Below are positions 16,871 to 25,335 of a DNA stretch of 27,145 nt, in pieces. The DNA comes from a virus. Taxonomy: Duplodnaviria; Caudoviricetes. Location: the IMG/VR virus record IMGVR_UViG_3300006118_000039, positions 1 through 27,145 of that record; one strand, 5' to 3'. How positions within the stretch are numbered: position 1 is the first letter of the stretch; each line of letters starts with the position of its first letter. The notes under the pieces were generated by a model. The model ran no database searches and had not been told where the DNA came from. It was given only the letters and a program-made list of their open reading frames with translations. Position numbers and translations under genes: made by a program.

Positions 16871-17997
16871 TTGTTCGTCTCCGGATAAGCATCATGGGTC
16901 ACGCCATCGAGCGTGCGGCCGGCGGCGCGCTTGCCGACGCGCCAGAACTCTCGGCCATGGGCCGTGGTGATCGGATGCCGCTCGTCATCGTCAAACGCCG
17001 GAGACGGCACGCCGTCCTCTAGGCAGACCAGCCGGTCGCCATTGTCGGCAGTCAGCGTTGGGACGAACTCGCCCCATTGCTTGAACAGGAACGGGACCGG
17101 CGCCGGATCGCCATGGATACTACCGGCGGCGCAGTCGTCGCGGATCGCGCGCACCCATTGAGGGTGCATGGGTCGCGCCCCTTGGCCGCTCTCGCCGCCG
17201 GCGACGACCCAGTCGATTCGGTGCTCGCGATAAGGTCCGTCGCTGCAGTCGCCGGGTTGGCCGTTCTCGCCGTCGAACCAGTAAAAATCGCCGATCTCGA
17301 GGGCGTCGAAACGCCGGTCGATCTCCAGCTCGTCCGCAGGTTCGTCGGGAGAGCGCGGCGCTTTGATTGAGCGGAGATCGAGCGGCCCTAACAGCGGCTC
17401 GGCACTCACCCACCGCACCGCCGCCGGCGTGTCGAGCAAGATCGGAATGCGCTCGTCGGCGCGGGGTTGGTCCTCGACGCTGACGCCCAGGTGGACGTTG
17501 GGCAGCGGCCAAGCCGGTTCATAATCCAGACGGCGCTTGTGCGCCGTCCACCCATTGGCGACCATTTCATCGAGCTCGTGATCAACGCGGTATTGCTGCC
17601 CGTCGGATCTTAGGTACGCGCGCACCCGCTCCGGCCGTTTCGTCAGCACCTGAAACGTGTGGTGGGGGCTGAGGGCCATGACCGCGAACACCTTGTCGAT
17701 CCAATCGTCGGGCACCGACTCGTGGAACAGGTCACCATGCGCGCAGACGAAGATCCGGCGCGGGCGTTTCCAGCGTAGGGGTTGGTCGAGCCAGTCCGCG
17801 TTGAGGCGCACCTGGCCGTTCCAGACTGGGCCGGCCTTGGAGTCGACGGTCAGGCCCTTGCGGCTCCAGTGGTGCTGGAGCCGCGTGCCGGCCAGCCGCA
17901 TCGCGTAGCAGTTAGTGCAGCCCGGGCTGATCACGCTGCACCCCGTGATCGGGTTCCAGGTCGCGTCGGTCCATTCGATGTGGGTATTGTCGGCCAT
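16867..17997 (-). CDS. DUF5131 / phage Gp37Gp68 family (radical-SAM-like) protein
   Basis: IEWTDATWNPITGCSVISPGCTNCYA, FQVLTKRPER, SAEPLLG, WVVAGGESG, FKQWG. Confidence 0.92.
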   Translation of the reverse strand: MADNTHIEWTDATWNPITGCSVISPGCTNCYAMRLAGTRLQHHWSRKGLTVDSKAGPVWNGQVRLNADWLDQPLRWKRPRRIFVCAHGDLFHESVPDDWIDKVFAVMALSPHHTFQVLTKRPERVRAYLRSDGQQYRVDHELDEMVANGWTAHKRRLDYEPAWPLPNVHLGVSVEDQPRADERIPILLDTPAAVRWVSAEPLLGPLDLRSIKAPRSPDEPADELEIDRRFDALEIGDFYWFDGENGQPGDCSDGPYREHRIDWVVAGGESGQGARPMHPQWVRAIRDDCAAGSIHGDPAPVPFLFKQWGEFVPTLTADNGDRLVCLEDGVPSPAFDDDERHPITTAHGREFWRVGKRAAGRTLDGVTHDAYPETNK

Positions 17998-18015
17998 GGC
18001 TGGCTCCGGTGCGGC

Positions 18016-18123
18016 TTAGTGAAAAACCCCGGCCGTCCACGCCCAGAAGGTCGCGAGGGCCAGGAGGATGATCGCCCACGCGGTGGCGCGCAGGCCGTCG
18101 AGGGGCGGGTTGGGCGAGGTCAT
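18016..18123 (-). CDS. 35-aa single-TM protein (not in ORF track)
   Basis: MTSPNPPLDGLRATAWAIILLALATFWAWTAGVFH*; ATGA overlap with the upstream gene. Confidence 0.6.
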   Translation of the reverse strand: MTSPNPPLDGLRATAWAIILLALATFWAWTAGVFH

Positions 18124-18292
18124 GGAAGCACCGCGCAGGCCACGGCCGAGGCGGCGATCGCCGTGGCGATGATGGCCAGCACCATCGCCACGCGCAGGTT
18201 GAGCGCCGAGGGCGCGGCCGGCCGGGCTGGGTGAGGTCGATCAGGCGCGGCGGGTCCCGGCGGCGGAAGATCGCGGCCACGGCGCCCATCAC
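18120..18292 (-). pseudogene. Small single-TM protein split by an apparent 1-nt deletion near 18230
   Basis: MMGAVAAIFRRRDPPRLIDLT continues in another frame as PARPAAPSALNLRVAMVLAIIATAIAASAVACAVLP*. Confidence 0.55.
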
Positions 18293-19119
18293 GGGGCGCC
18301 GAAAAGAGCGGGGCGATCGACCGCGGTGGAGACCTCGGTCACGATGGCCTTGAACACCGCCTGGCGCACGTGCTCGGGCCTCTGGAGCACCACGCCCAGG
18401 TTCAGCGTGCCGTCGTCCAGCTTCCAGCGCAGGAAGGCATAGACCTCGGTCGCCTCGCCGCCGAAATAGACCGGGATGCGCAGCAGGAACCGGGTGGGCA
18501 CCTCCACGCCGCCGGTGCGCGTGGTGGCCGTGGTCTCCTCGGAATATTCGAAGGTCTCATGATCGGTGGCCGTGCGCACCGCGCGCTTGAAATCCGCCTT
18601 CCGCACCGCGTGCAGGTCGCGCACGGTGTCGAGCAGCTCGGCGCCGCTGGGCGCGGCGACGTCGGCGGCGTTCTCTTCCAGGAACCGCGCGAACTCGAGC
18701 TGGCCCATCATCTGGCCGTGAACCTTGGTCCAGGTGCGCCATTCCTCGCTGAACGGCAGGGCCAGGGTGGCGCGATGGAACAGGCGATCGGCCGCGCCGG
18801 TCCCCTTCCAGTCGCTGGCGTGGTGATAATCGATCACGCCCACGATCTTGTTGGCCGCGATGTCGGCGAACAGCACCGTGGTGGCCGTCTTGAACAGGCG
18901 CACATATTGCGTGAGCGACTCGACGGTCTGAAGCGTCACGGCCTGGCGGATATGGCCCGGGGGCTCGACGGCCCGGTTCGGGTCGGAAATATCGCTCTGG
19001 GTGAGGCCCTGCGGCGTGAACAGGAACAGCCGCCCGTCATCCAGTTTGTGGACGACGGGCTCTTTCAGATTGTCGGCGCGCTTGGCCAGGGCGGCGATGG
19101 AATCGGCTTCGGTGGACAT
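18289..19119 (-). CDS. DUF2303 (YfdQ-like) protein
   Basis: VIDYH, SEEWRTW, QLEFARFLEEN, VPTRFLLRIPVYFG. Confidence 0.85.
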   Translation of the reverse strand: MSTEADSIAALAKRADNLKEPVVHKLDDGRLFLFTPQGLTQSDISDPNRAVEPPGHIRQAVTLQTVESLTQYVRLFKTATTVLFADIAANKIVGVIDYHHASDWKGTGAADRLFHRATLALPFSEEWRTWTKVHGQMMGQLEFARFLEENAADVAAPSGAELLDTVRDLHAVRKADFKRAVRTATDHETFEYSEETTATTRTGGVEVPTRFLLRIPVYFGGEATEVYAFLRWKLDDGTLNLGVVLQRPEHVRQAVFKAIVTEVSTAVDRPALFGAP

Positions 19120-19125
19120 GTGAAT

Positions 19126-19461
19126 TTACGCCTTGCGCTGGAGGATTTCGCCGGTGGTGGGGTCGACCGCATCGGCGAATATGCGGACCTGGTTGGGGTC
19201 TTCCCGGAGCAGATCGCCGTCGAGGTCGGCGAAGAACAGCGCGTCTGGCAGCGCCGCCTGGGGCCGCTTCGACTTGACCTCGCAGGCCAGGATCACGGCG
19301 TTGTCGCCTTTGCCCTGGGGGCTGATCTTGATCTTCAGGACCAGTTCGCCCGGCTTTTCGGTGTCGAGCACCGCGCGCACGACGGCGGCCAGTTCGTCGC
19401 TGGCGGCCTCGACGACGCGGCCTCGGCGGATGTCGCGCAGGACGTCGGTGATCAGGCGCAT
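19126..19461 (-). CDS. Conserved partner of DUF2303 (YfdP-like)
   Basis: ATG 19461 with SD GAGGAG; L..VV.AV..T.K.G.L.L.I.I.P, FF...GDL.REDPNQ. Confidence 0.75.
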   Translation of the reverse strand: MRLITDVLRDIRRGRVVEAASDELAAVVRAVLDTEKPGELVLKIKISPQGKGDNAVILACEVKSKRPQAALPDALFFADLDGDLLREDPNQVRIFADAVDPTTGEILQRKA

Positions 19462-20786
19462 TCGGATAACTCCTCGGGTTGGGGAATGGGGTCGGCGACG
19501 CCGGCCAGGGCGTTGACGGCGCGGGCGATCAGGAACGGAAGGATCGCGCCGGGCGACCAAAGCTCGACCAACTGGTCGTCGGCGTCATAGACGCCCTCTT
19601 CCGTGTCCTCGGTCTCGTCTTGCCAGCGCCAGGGCAGCGGGTGGCATAGCGTTGCGAGGATCTCGGCAACGTCGGCCGACGGGTCGCGGGCGCGTTGCAG
19701 CAGCTGGTCGTGGGCCTTCTGGGCCTCGGCGTATTTCGTGGCTTCGGCCTCGCGGCGCTGGGCGGATTCCGCCCGCGACGCCTCGTCCTCGGCCGCGCGC
19801 TGGGCCAGCTTGGCCAGCAGCTCGGCGTCAGGCTCGAACGGGCCGTTCAGCCAGCAGGTGCGATATCCCTCTGGGCCCGGTTCGAGCGGTGCGCACTCGC
19901 GTAGGCGATCGCCGGCGCTGTAGGCCAGCCGAAGATAGAGCCGGGCGTCGGCATGGGCGCGCCAAACCTCGAAACGATCGTTGAAACGGGCGCCGTACTC
20001 CGCGCCCCCAGAACCCACTTCAATGCGCCGCCGTTCCCATTCGTTTATGGGTTCGGGCGCGACGGCCAGCGCGTGCTGAATTTCGCAGGCGGCGATGCGG
20101 TCGGCCTCGTCCTGGAACACGAACGCCGGAGCACGGTTGGCCAGTTTCCGGCGCGCGTCCTCGACATTGATTTCGCCGTTGTCGAGCCGCGCCTGGTCGC
20201 GCGCATCGAGTTCCAGCAGCTGCAGGCGCTGTTGCACGAACCTCTGGGTGCGGTTGACGCGCGTGGCGATGGCGTCGGTCTTCTGGCCAAACGTGTCGCG
20301 CAGCGCCTTGAACGCGCGCGCCTCCTCCAGCGGCTTGAGATCGCGCCGAACAAGGTTTTCCATCAGCGCCTGAACGGCGCGGGTCTCGGCGTCTAGGCCG
20401 GCCATGGCCCTGCAGGGAATGAGCCGGTCGGGATCCCATCGGCCATCCTGAAACAGCTTGTCGATGGCCCGCCAACGGCGCTCGCCGGCGATGAGCTGGT
20501 GGCGCAAACCCGTCCAATCGCGTTCGGCGATCACGACAAGGTTCTGCATCAGGCCATAGGTGGCGATGCTTTCGGCGAGTTCGGCCAGGGCCTCGTCGTC
20601 GAAATCCGTGCGCGGATTATTCGGATCGGGAATGATCTGGCCGTGGCGCAAATAGAGCATGTCGCTCGGCGGCGTCGCCGGCTCATCGTCGCGAACGCCG
20701 TTCGCCGCGCCGGATAGCGGATTGACGGCGGCCAGCGCGGCCGTGGTCGCGGCCTGGCGTTCGGCCAGGGTGGGGCGTTTGCCCAT
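19452..20786 (-). CDS. ParB/RepB/Spo0J family protein (no parA in window)
   Basis: NPRTDFD, LAESI..GLMQNLVV, LIAGERRWRA, ENLVRRDL.PLEEA, HTH, then a long unrecognised C-terminus. Confidence 0.9.
   Translation of the reverse strand: MGKRPTLAERQAATTAALAAVNPLSGAANGVRDDEPATPPSDMLYLRHGQIIPDPNNPRTDFDDEALAELAESIATYGLMQNLVVIAERDWTGLRHQLIAGERRWRAIDKLFQDGRWDPDRLIPCRAMAGLDAETRAVQALMENLVRRDLKPLEEARAFKALRDTFGQKTDAIATRVNRTQRFVQQRLQLLELDARDQARLDNGEINVEDARRKLANRAPAFVFQDEADRIAACEIQHALAVAPEPINEWERRRIEVGSGGAEYGARFNDRFEVWRAHADARLYLRLAYSAGDRLRECAPLEPGPEGYRTCWLNGPFEPDAELLAKLAQRAAEDEASRAESAQRREAEATKYAEAQKAHDQLLQRARDPSADVAEILATLCHPLPWRWQDETEDTEEGVYDADDQLVELWSPGAILPFLIARAVNALAGVADPIPQPEELSECA
20691..20705. promoter_or_regulatory. 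Palindrome copy 3 of 5 (inside the 5' end of parB)
   Basis: GCGAACGCCGTTCGC, encoding ANGVR in the N-terminal extension of ParB. Confidence 0.8.
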
Positions 20787-20788
20787 GG

Positions 20789-21145
20789 TCAGGGGTTCCC
20801 TTTTTTTGCGGCCTCTAGGGCCTCGTGCATGGCGATGAGGTTGAGCGCCTGGGCGACGGCGGCTTCGCCGGGGCCGGTGAGCAGCACGGCGACGATGCGC
20901 GGATGCTCGGCGCGGAGGGTCAGCGCAAGGCCGACGCCGGCCGCCGGCCCCACGCTCACCTGCTCGGCCCGCAGGCCCAGTTCACAAAGGGTGCGGCGCA
21001 GGCACCAGACCAGGCCGCCATAAAGCTCCAGCGCGTGGCGCGCATCGGCCTCGGCCAGCGGCCCTTGCACCAGCACCACGTGCCAGCCGCATTCGGGCCA
21101 ATGGCGGCGCGCCAGGTCGTCGCGGAGTTCGGCGGCGTCCATCAC
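20789..21145 (-). CDS. Hypothetical protein
   Basis: 118 aa; overlap-coupled in the early left operon. Confidence 0.65.
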   Translation of the reverse strand: MMDAAELRDDLARRHWPECGWHVVLVQGPLAEADARHALELYGGLVWCLRRTLCELGLRAEQVSVGPAAGVGLALTLRAEHPRIVAVLLTGPGEAAVAQALNLIAMHEALEAAKKGNP

Positions 21146-21456
21146 GCGGCCTTCGCCGGGGCGCGGGTGGCGTGCAGGGCGGCGGAAATGGTTTCGAAGG
21201 TCACGCCCTCGGCGGCGCGGACCACGCCCAGCAACTCGTCGGCGCCCCCGGCCGGGCCGGTGGCCCAGACCGCCCAGGCGCCGAAGGGCGCTTCATCTTC
21301 CGACCACGCGGCCAGCACCGGGCGCACCGAAAGGCCGCGGCGGCGGCGCAGCACGTGCAGCTGGTGGGCCAGCGCCTCCAGGCCGTCGAACCGCCGTTCG
21401 GCCTCGAACGCCTCGCCCCGTTCACCCGGAAAAAAATCGATCTCGCTGGCCGCCAC
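21142..21456 (-). CDS. Hypothetical protein, first gene of the left operon (start uncertain)
   Basis: 104 aa; its stop overlaps the next start. Confidence 0.6.
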   Translation of the reverse strand: MAASEIDFFPGERGEAFEAERRFDGLEALAHQLHVLRRRRGLSVRPVLAAWSEDEAPFGAWAVWATGPAGGADELLGVVRAAEGVTFETISAALHATRAPAKAA

Positions 21457-21493
21457 GCGCGGAGCCCCCGGCCCCGCGCCGCTCGCCGATCAG

Positions 21494-21508
21494 GCGAACG
21501 CCGTTCGC
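21494..21508. promoter_or_regulatory. Palindrome copy 4 of 5 (leader of the leftward transcript)
   Basis: GCGAACGCCGTTCGC just downstream of the putative PL. Confidence 0.8.
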
Positions 21509-21518
21509 GGGGTGAGGC

Positions 21519-21572
21519 AATGAAGAACCAATATGGTTCCTTTCGTCAAGCCGGAAACAACTATTTTGGTTC
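21519..21572 (-). promoter_or_regulatory. PL-like promoter with two operators (21525-21539, 21558-21572)
   Basis: TTGACG on the minus strand (21544-21549), flanked by GAACCAATATGGTTC and GAACCAAAATAGTTG (read on minus). Confidence 0.7.
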
Positions 21573-21627
21573 CATGCCCTCGACCGATTGCCGTTGACGC
21601 ACTCCTGGACCGCGGCGAAAATGAATC

Positions 21628-22131
21628 ATGAAACCGATTTTGGCCGCGGCGATTTGGATCGCTATGAGCTTCCCGGCGGCATCGCAGCCGGCGTGGTCGT
21701 TTAGGCAAAACAAGGATCCGATGACCGACAAGGTCACCGCACACGCCATTTTGACGGGCGATGTTGGCTCTCTTGGAGTTGGGTGCTCCGGAGCGGCTGG
21801 GTCCGACCCGGGCGTCAGCATTATCGTCGTGACAGATGAGTTTTTAGGGCAAGATATTTTGGGGCGGGGGCGTCCTGGCCGCGTGCGGTTTGACGATCGA
21901 AAGATGTCGGAGACCACTTGGCATTATGGTTCAAACGGCGCTTGGCCCGATGACGCGGAGACCGCTAATTTCGTAGCGCGGTTATTGGCCGCGCAAAAAT
22001 TGGCAATTCAATTAACGACGTTCGAAGATCACAACGTGACGATCGCGTTTGATGCATCGGGCGGCCAGGACGCGCTTCGGCAGGTTTACGCCGCTTGCGG
22101 ATATTCCCTTCCGGCGCCGAATTCAAATTAG
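21628..22131 (+). CDS. Exported/periplasmic protein, moron-like
   Basis: Sec signal peptide MKPILAAAIWIAMSFPAASQPA, W....DPMTD; lower GC; own TTGACG-N17-GAAAAT at 21594-21622. Confidence 0.7.
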   Translation: MKPILAAAIWIAMSFPAASQPAWSFRQNKDPMTDKVTAHAILTGDVGSLGVGCSGAAGSDPGVSIIVVTDEFLGQDILGRGRPGRVRFDDRKMSETTWHYGSNGAWPDDAETANFVARLLAAQKLAIQLTTFEDHNVTIAFDASGGQDALRQVYAACGYSLPAPNSN

Positions 22132-22805
22132 TCGCCGCGAAGCGTTACGGCATAGACGCCTTTAATTTCGTTTAAAGGAAAACGAAGCGTCTCGGGCGGG
22201 TTCAACTGTTCGACGACCAGAAAACCGTTTTCCGAACGATTATATAACTTTACGTAATATTCGCCCTCTTTAGTCTCGATCACGCACCCATAACCCCGCC
22301 TGGGATAGCGATCCCGATCGTAGATAATAATTTCGCCTGGCTCTCCCCACGGAAGCATCGAATCGCCAGCCAATTGAAGCACGCCGGCGTTCGGACCGAT
22401 CAATTGAAATAGGTCAATGGTTCGGCTCGGCTCTCCCGCGTCATAAATTTGAGGGCCAATCGAACCGGCCTGAACGCGACCCATTACCGGAAGCTCAAAT
22501 CGACTGGCTGGCTCGCGCACGCCGGGCGCGGAATGTTCCTCATCTCCGGCTAGACGACGCACCTCCGTTTCCAGGGCGTGACGGTCGGCGTCGACCGCGC
22601 GCGCCAAACGCTCTTGAAGGTCAGACCGAAGCACGGCGTGGCGCTCGCCTGCCTCGTAGCGCCCCCAGGCCTGAGCCGTGATGCCCATGCGCTCCGCCGC
22701 TTCCGCCTGCGACAATTGCGCGCGTCGCCGTAACGCCAGAAGCGCACGTCCCGTCAGCTCGCGCTGGCTATCCGTAGAGACGGTTGGTTTCGTCATAGGA
22801 CGCAT
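22128..22805 (-). CDS. cI: CI-like repressor (Xre HTH + S24 peptidase); start at 22805 or 22796, less likely 22841
   Basis: LRRRAQLSQAEAAERMGITAQAWGRYEAG; VQAG cleavage site, GDSM Ser, YVK Lys. Confidence 0.92.
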   Translation of the reverse strand: MRPMTKPTVSTDSQRELTGRALLALRRRAQLSQAEAAERMGITAQAWGRYEAGERHAVLRSDLQERLARAVDADRHALETEVRRLAGDEEHSAPGVREPASRFELPVMGRVQAGSIGPQIYDAGEPSRTIDLFQLIGPNAGVLQLAGDSMLPWGEPGEIIIYDRDRYPRRGYGCVIETKEGEYYVKLYNRSENGFLVVEQLNPPETLRFPLNEIKGVYAVTLRGD

Positions 22806-22854
22806 AATGCGATCTGGACGAACCGAGGGAACATGGAACATGGTGTGGTGATAT

Positions 22855-22896
22855 AAACCAAAACGGTTGCTAAACCAAAGGAATCGTTTCTAGACT
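22855..22896 (+). promoter_or_regulatory. PR-like promoter and operator
   Basis: AAACCAAAACGGTTG (22855-22869) resembles the OL sites; TTGCTA-N18-TAGACT. Confidence 0.65.
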
Positions 22897-22904
22897 GCCC
22901 GTCG

Positions 22905-23198
22905 ATGAAAAATCGATGCCCCAATGCAGTGCCGCTGCCCCTTCCGCGGCTGACCACCTGGCTGTTGGAGCGAGGGCTCAGCGCCCGTGACGCCGCCGAA
23001 AGCCTAAACGTAACGCCGCAGGCGGTGCGTCGGTATTGTTTGCCGTTTGGCCATCGCGACCGACAAATACCTCGCGGTGACATCATGTCGAGAATTCACA
23101 AGTGGACCGGCGGTCAAGTCGGGCCGGCGGATTTTTATCCGCCTGAACTTTCCCAAGCGAACGAAAACTCTGCCAAAACAGTGGAGGTTGAGCCGTGA
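22905..23198 (+). CDS. Cro-like HTH protein
   Basis: Divergent from cI; LSARDAAESLNVTPQAVRRY...IP...T.GQV.PADF. Confidence 0.8.
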   Translation: MKNRCPNAVPLPLPRLTTWLLERGLSARDAAESLNVTPQAVRRYCLPFGHRDRQIPRGDIMSRIHKWTGGQVGPADFYPPELSQANENSAKTVEVEP

Positions 23199-23488
23199 GC
23201 TGTAGGCCATCTGTGTTCCGCTTCGATGGCCCGCGCGCCCTGCCGGCGGCGCGGCTGACGGCCGATCTGCTGCGCGTGGCCAGCGCCGGACGCGGGCTTC
23301 AGGATCTGCTGCGGCGCATCGCGGATGACCCGGAACCGTTGCTGGCCATGTCGGACGATCCCGATGATCGTGTGGCCCTGGTGCAGGCGCGCGGCCGGCT
23401 CGACGCGGCGCGGCAGTTGATGGACGAGGCCGAGGCGCTCCTGCGCGCCCGCGCCTATCCCGCCCGGCTCGAGGCGGCGGAGAAATGA
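23195..23488 (+). CDS. Hypothetical helical protein
   Basis: GTGA overlap, SD GGAGG. Confidence 0.65.
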   Translation: MSCRPSVFRFDGPRALPAARLTADLLRVASAGRGLQDLLRRIADDPEPLLAMSDDPDDRVALVQARGRLDAARQLMDEAEALLRARAYPARLEAAEK

Positions 23489-23904
23489 ACCGGGGGCGCG
23501 CCATTGCCGCACGGCGCGCCTATATGCCGCCGATCGAGGCGCGCAGCCGTTGGAGCGTGCTCGTGCACGCGGCCATCGACATCGCCGATCGGGCCAGCGG
23601 CCTCGTTCTGGCCGAGCCACGGGCCGGCCGGCGCGGATCGGCGAGCGCGAGCCTATTTGATTTCGCGCACCTGCTGGTCGAGCGCGGGCGGCCCGTCTTT
23701 CCCGTCGAGGGCGCGACGCCGGCCATGATGGCCGAGGCCTTCCTGAAGGTGGCGCGGGCGTTTGTCGACGCCGGAACCCAGGAACGCCGCGAGACCTATG
23801 CCCCGGCCCTGGCGGCGATGGCCCGGGCGCTCGACGCCCTTCTGCACGACGACCGGCGTGAGCGCGCGCAGGTGTGGGCGGCGCATGCGGGAGATTTCGA
23901 CTGA
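23485..23904 (+). CDS. Hypothetical protein
   Basis: ATGA overlap, SD GGAG. Confidence 0.65.
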   Translation: MNRGRAIAARRAYMPPIEARSRWSVLVHAAIDIADRASGLVLAEPRAGRRGSASASLFDFAHLLVERGRPVFPVEGATPAMMAEAFLKVARAFVDAGTQERRETYAPALAAMARALDALLHDDRRERAQVWAAHAGDFD

Positions 23905-24359
23905 TGCTGGGCCGCGAGGATCCCGATTGGGAACGCCGCAAGGTGCGCGAGCTGCGCGACCGTGGCGTTTCCTGGCAGCACATATCCGCCCAGCTGGGCC
24001 GCTCGCAGATCGACCTTCGCATGCTGTATGGCCAGCCAAGCGCGGCGCTTAGCGTTGGGTCCGCGCCGTCGCCGCCCAAGACGCCGGAGCCCGTTGCCAA
24101 GCCGGCCGGAGCCGCGCGCAATCACGGGGCGGCCATGGGCGCGGCGCTGTTGGCGCTGAGCGCCGGACAGCGGTGGCGCGCCTGCGATCTGGCCGAATGC
24201 TGCGGCGCGCACCAATCGCTGGCGCACTACCTCGCGCGGCGCGGCCTGGTCGAGAACGTCAGGCCCGGCTCGAACGTGGCGCTGTTCCAAATTACCCAGG
24301 CCGGCCGCGACCGGCTGGCCGAACTGATCCGGCGCGGCCTTGTGGTTGGCGCTCCATGA
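23904..24359 (+). CDS. Putative two-HTH DNA-binding protein
   Basis: ATG 23904; LRDRGVSWQHISAQLGRS and winged-helix-like LARRGLVE...FQITQAGR. Confidence 0.6.
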   Translation: MLGREDPDWERRKVRELRDRGVSWQHISAQLGRSQIDLRMLYGQPSAALSVGSAPSPPKTPEPVAKPAGAARNHGAAMGAALLALSAGQRWRACDLAECCGAHQSLAHYLARRGLVENVRPGSNVALFQITQAGRDRLAELIRRGLVVGAP

Positions 24360-25042
24360 GCGACCGCCCGTCCGGATTCCTCGCCGTGATGGCCGATCGC
24401 GCGCCCACCGATGTGGACGACCTCGACTATTTCCCGACACCGCCCTGGGCGGCGCGGGCCGGCGGCGAGCTGATCAAAAGCATTGATCCCCAGGCGCGCA
24501 CCGCGTGGGAGCCGGCGTGCGGCGGCGGCCATATGGCGCACGGCCTGGCCGACTATTTCGAGACCGTCTGGGGCAGCGATATCCACCCGCACGGCGACCA
24601 TCGCCTGGGCGATTTCCTGAACCTCGATCCGGCTGAGGCGTGGCCCGAGGCCGACTGGATCGTGACCAATCCGCCCTTCGTGCGCGGCGAGGCCTTCGTG
24701 CGCGAGGGCTGGCGGCGCGCGCGACGCGGCGTGGCGATGTTGCTTCGCTTGTCTTTTCTGGAAGGCGTGGCGCGGCACAAACTACTTTACAAAGACTTGC
24801 CGCTCTATGCCTGCGCGCCGTTCGCCGAGCGCGTGCCGATGGTCAAGGGCCGTTGGGACCCGGCGGCCAGCAGCGCCACGGCCTATGCGTGGTTCGTCTG
24901 GTTCAAGCCGGGCCTGGGCGTCTGGCCCGCGCCGCTGCTGATGCCCATTCCGCCCGGCGCCCGCGCCCGGCTGACCCATTCCGCCGACGCCGAGACCTTC
25001 GGCGCGGCGGCCAACCAAACCCTCTTCGATGAGCCGCGCTGA
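24356..25042 (+). CDS. Orphan SAM-dependent amino (probably N6-adenine) DNA methyltransferase
   Basis: ATG 24356; YFPTP, WEPACGGG (motif I), TNPPF (motif IV), YAWFVW. Confidence 0.88.
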   Translation: MSDRPSGFLAVMADRAPTDVDDLDYFPTPPWAARAGGELIKSIDPQARTAWEPACGGGHMAHGLADYFETVWGSDIHPHGDHRLGDFLNLDPAEAWPEADWIVTNPPFVRGEAFVREGWRRARRGVAMLLRLSFLEGVARHKLLYKDLPLYACAPFAERVPMVKGRWDPAASSATAYAWFVWFKPGLGVWPAPLLMPIPPGARARLTHSADAETFGAAANQTLFDEPR

Positions 25043-25335
25043 TGCAGACCGAGATCGCGATGTTTTCGCTCTGGCGCGGCCAGATGGCCGTGCGCGGTCG
25101 GCTGACCATGCGGCAGATTCTGGCCGACGTCGCCAGCGAGCGCGGCACGACACTTGACGCGATTCGAGGTCGCGAGACCGTGCGCGCCACGACGGTGATC
25201 CGCGATGAGTTCTACGCCCGCGCCAACGACGCCGGCCACGCCTATGCGGCGATCGGCCGGCTGCTGGGCCGCCACCACACCAGCGTGATGGCCGGCGCGC
25301 GCCGCCATCGTCGCCGCCAGGCCTGCGCCGGATGA
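25042..25335 (+). CDS. DnaA C-terminal-domain-like HTH protein
   Basis: ILADVA...I.G..R...R...IGRLLGRHHTSVM, resembling the DnaA domain IV RDHTTV signature. Confidence 0.75.
   Translation: MQTEIAMFSLWRGQMAVRGRLTMRQILADVASERGTTLDAIRGRETVRATTVIRDEFYARANDAGHAYAAIGRLLGRHHTSVMAGARRHRRRQACAG

Noticed and set aside
21422-21520. Short TTG-initiated ORF (MPHPANGVRLIG...) or a third frameshift at the start of the left operon
   Set aside because: No SD or homology support; cannot be distinguished from chance.
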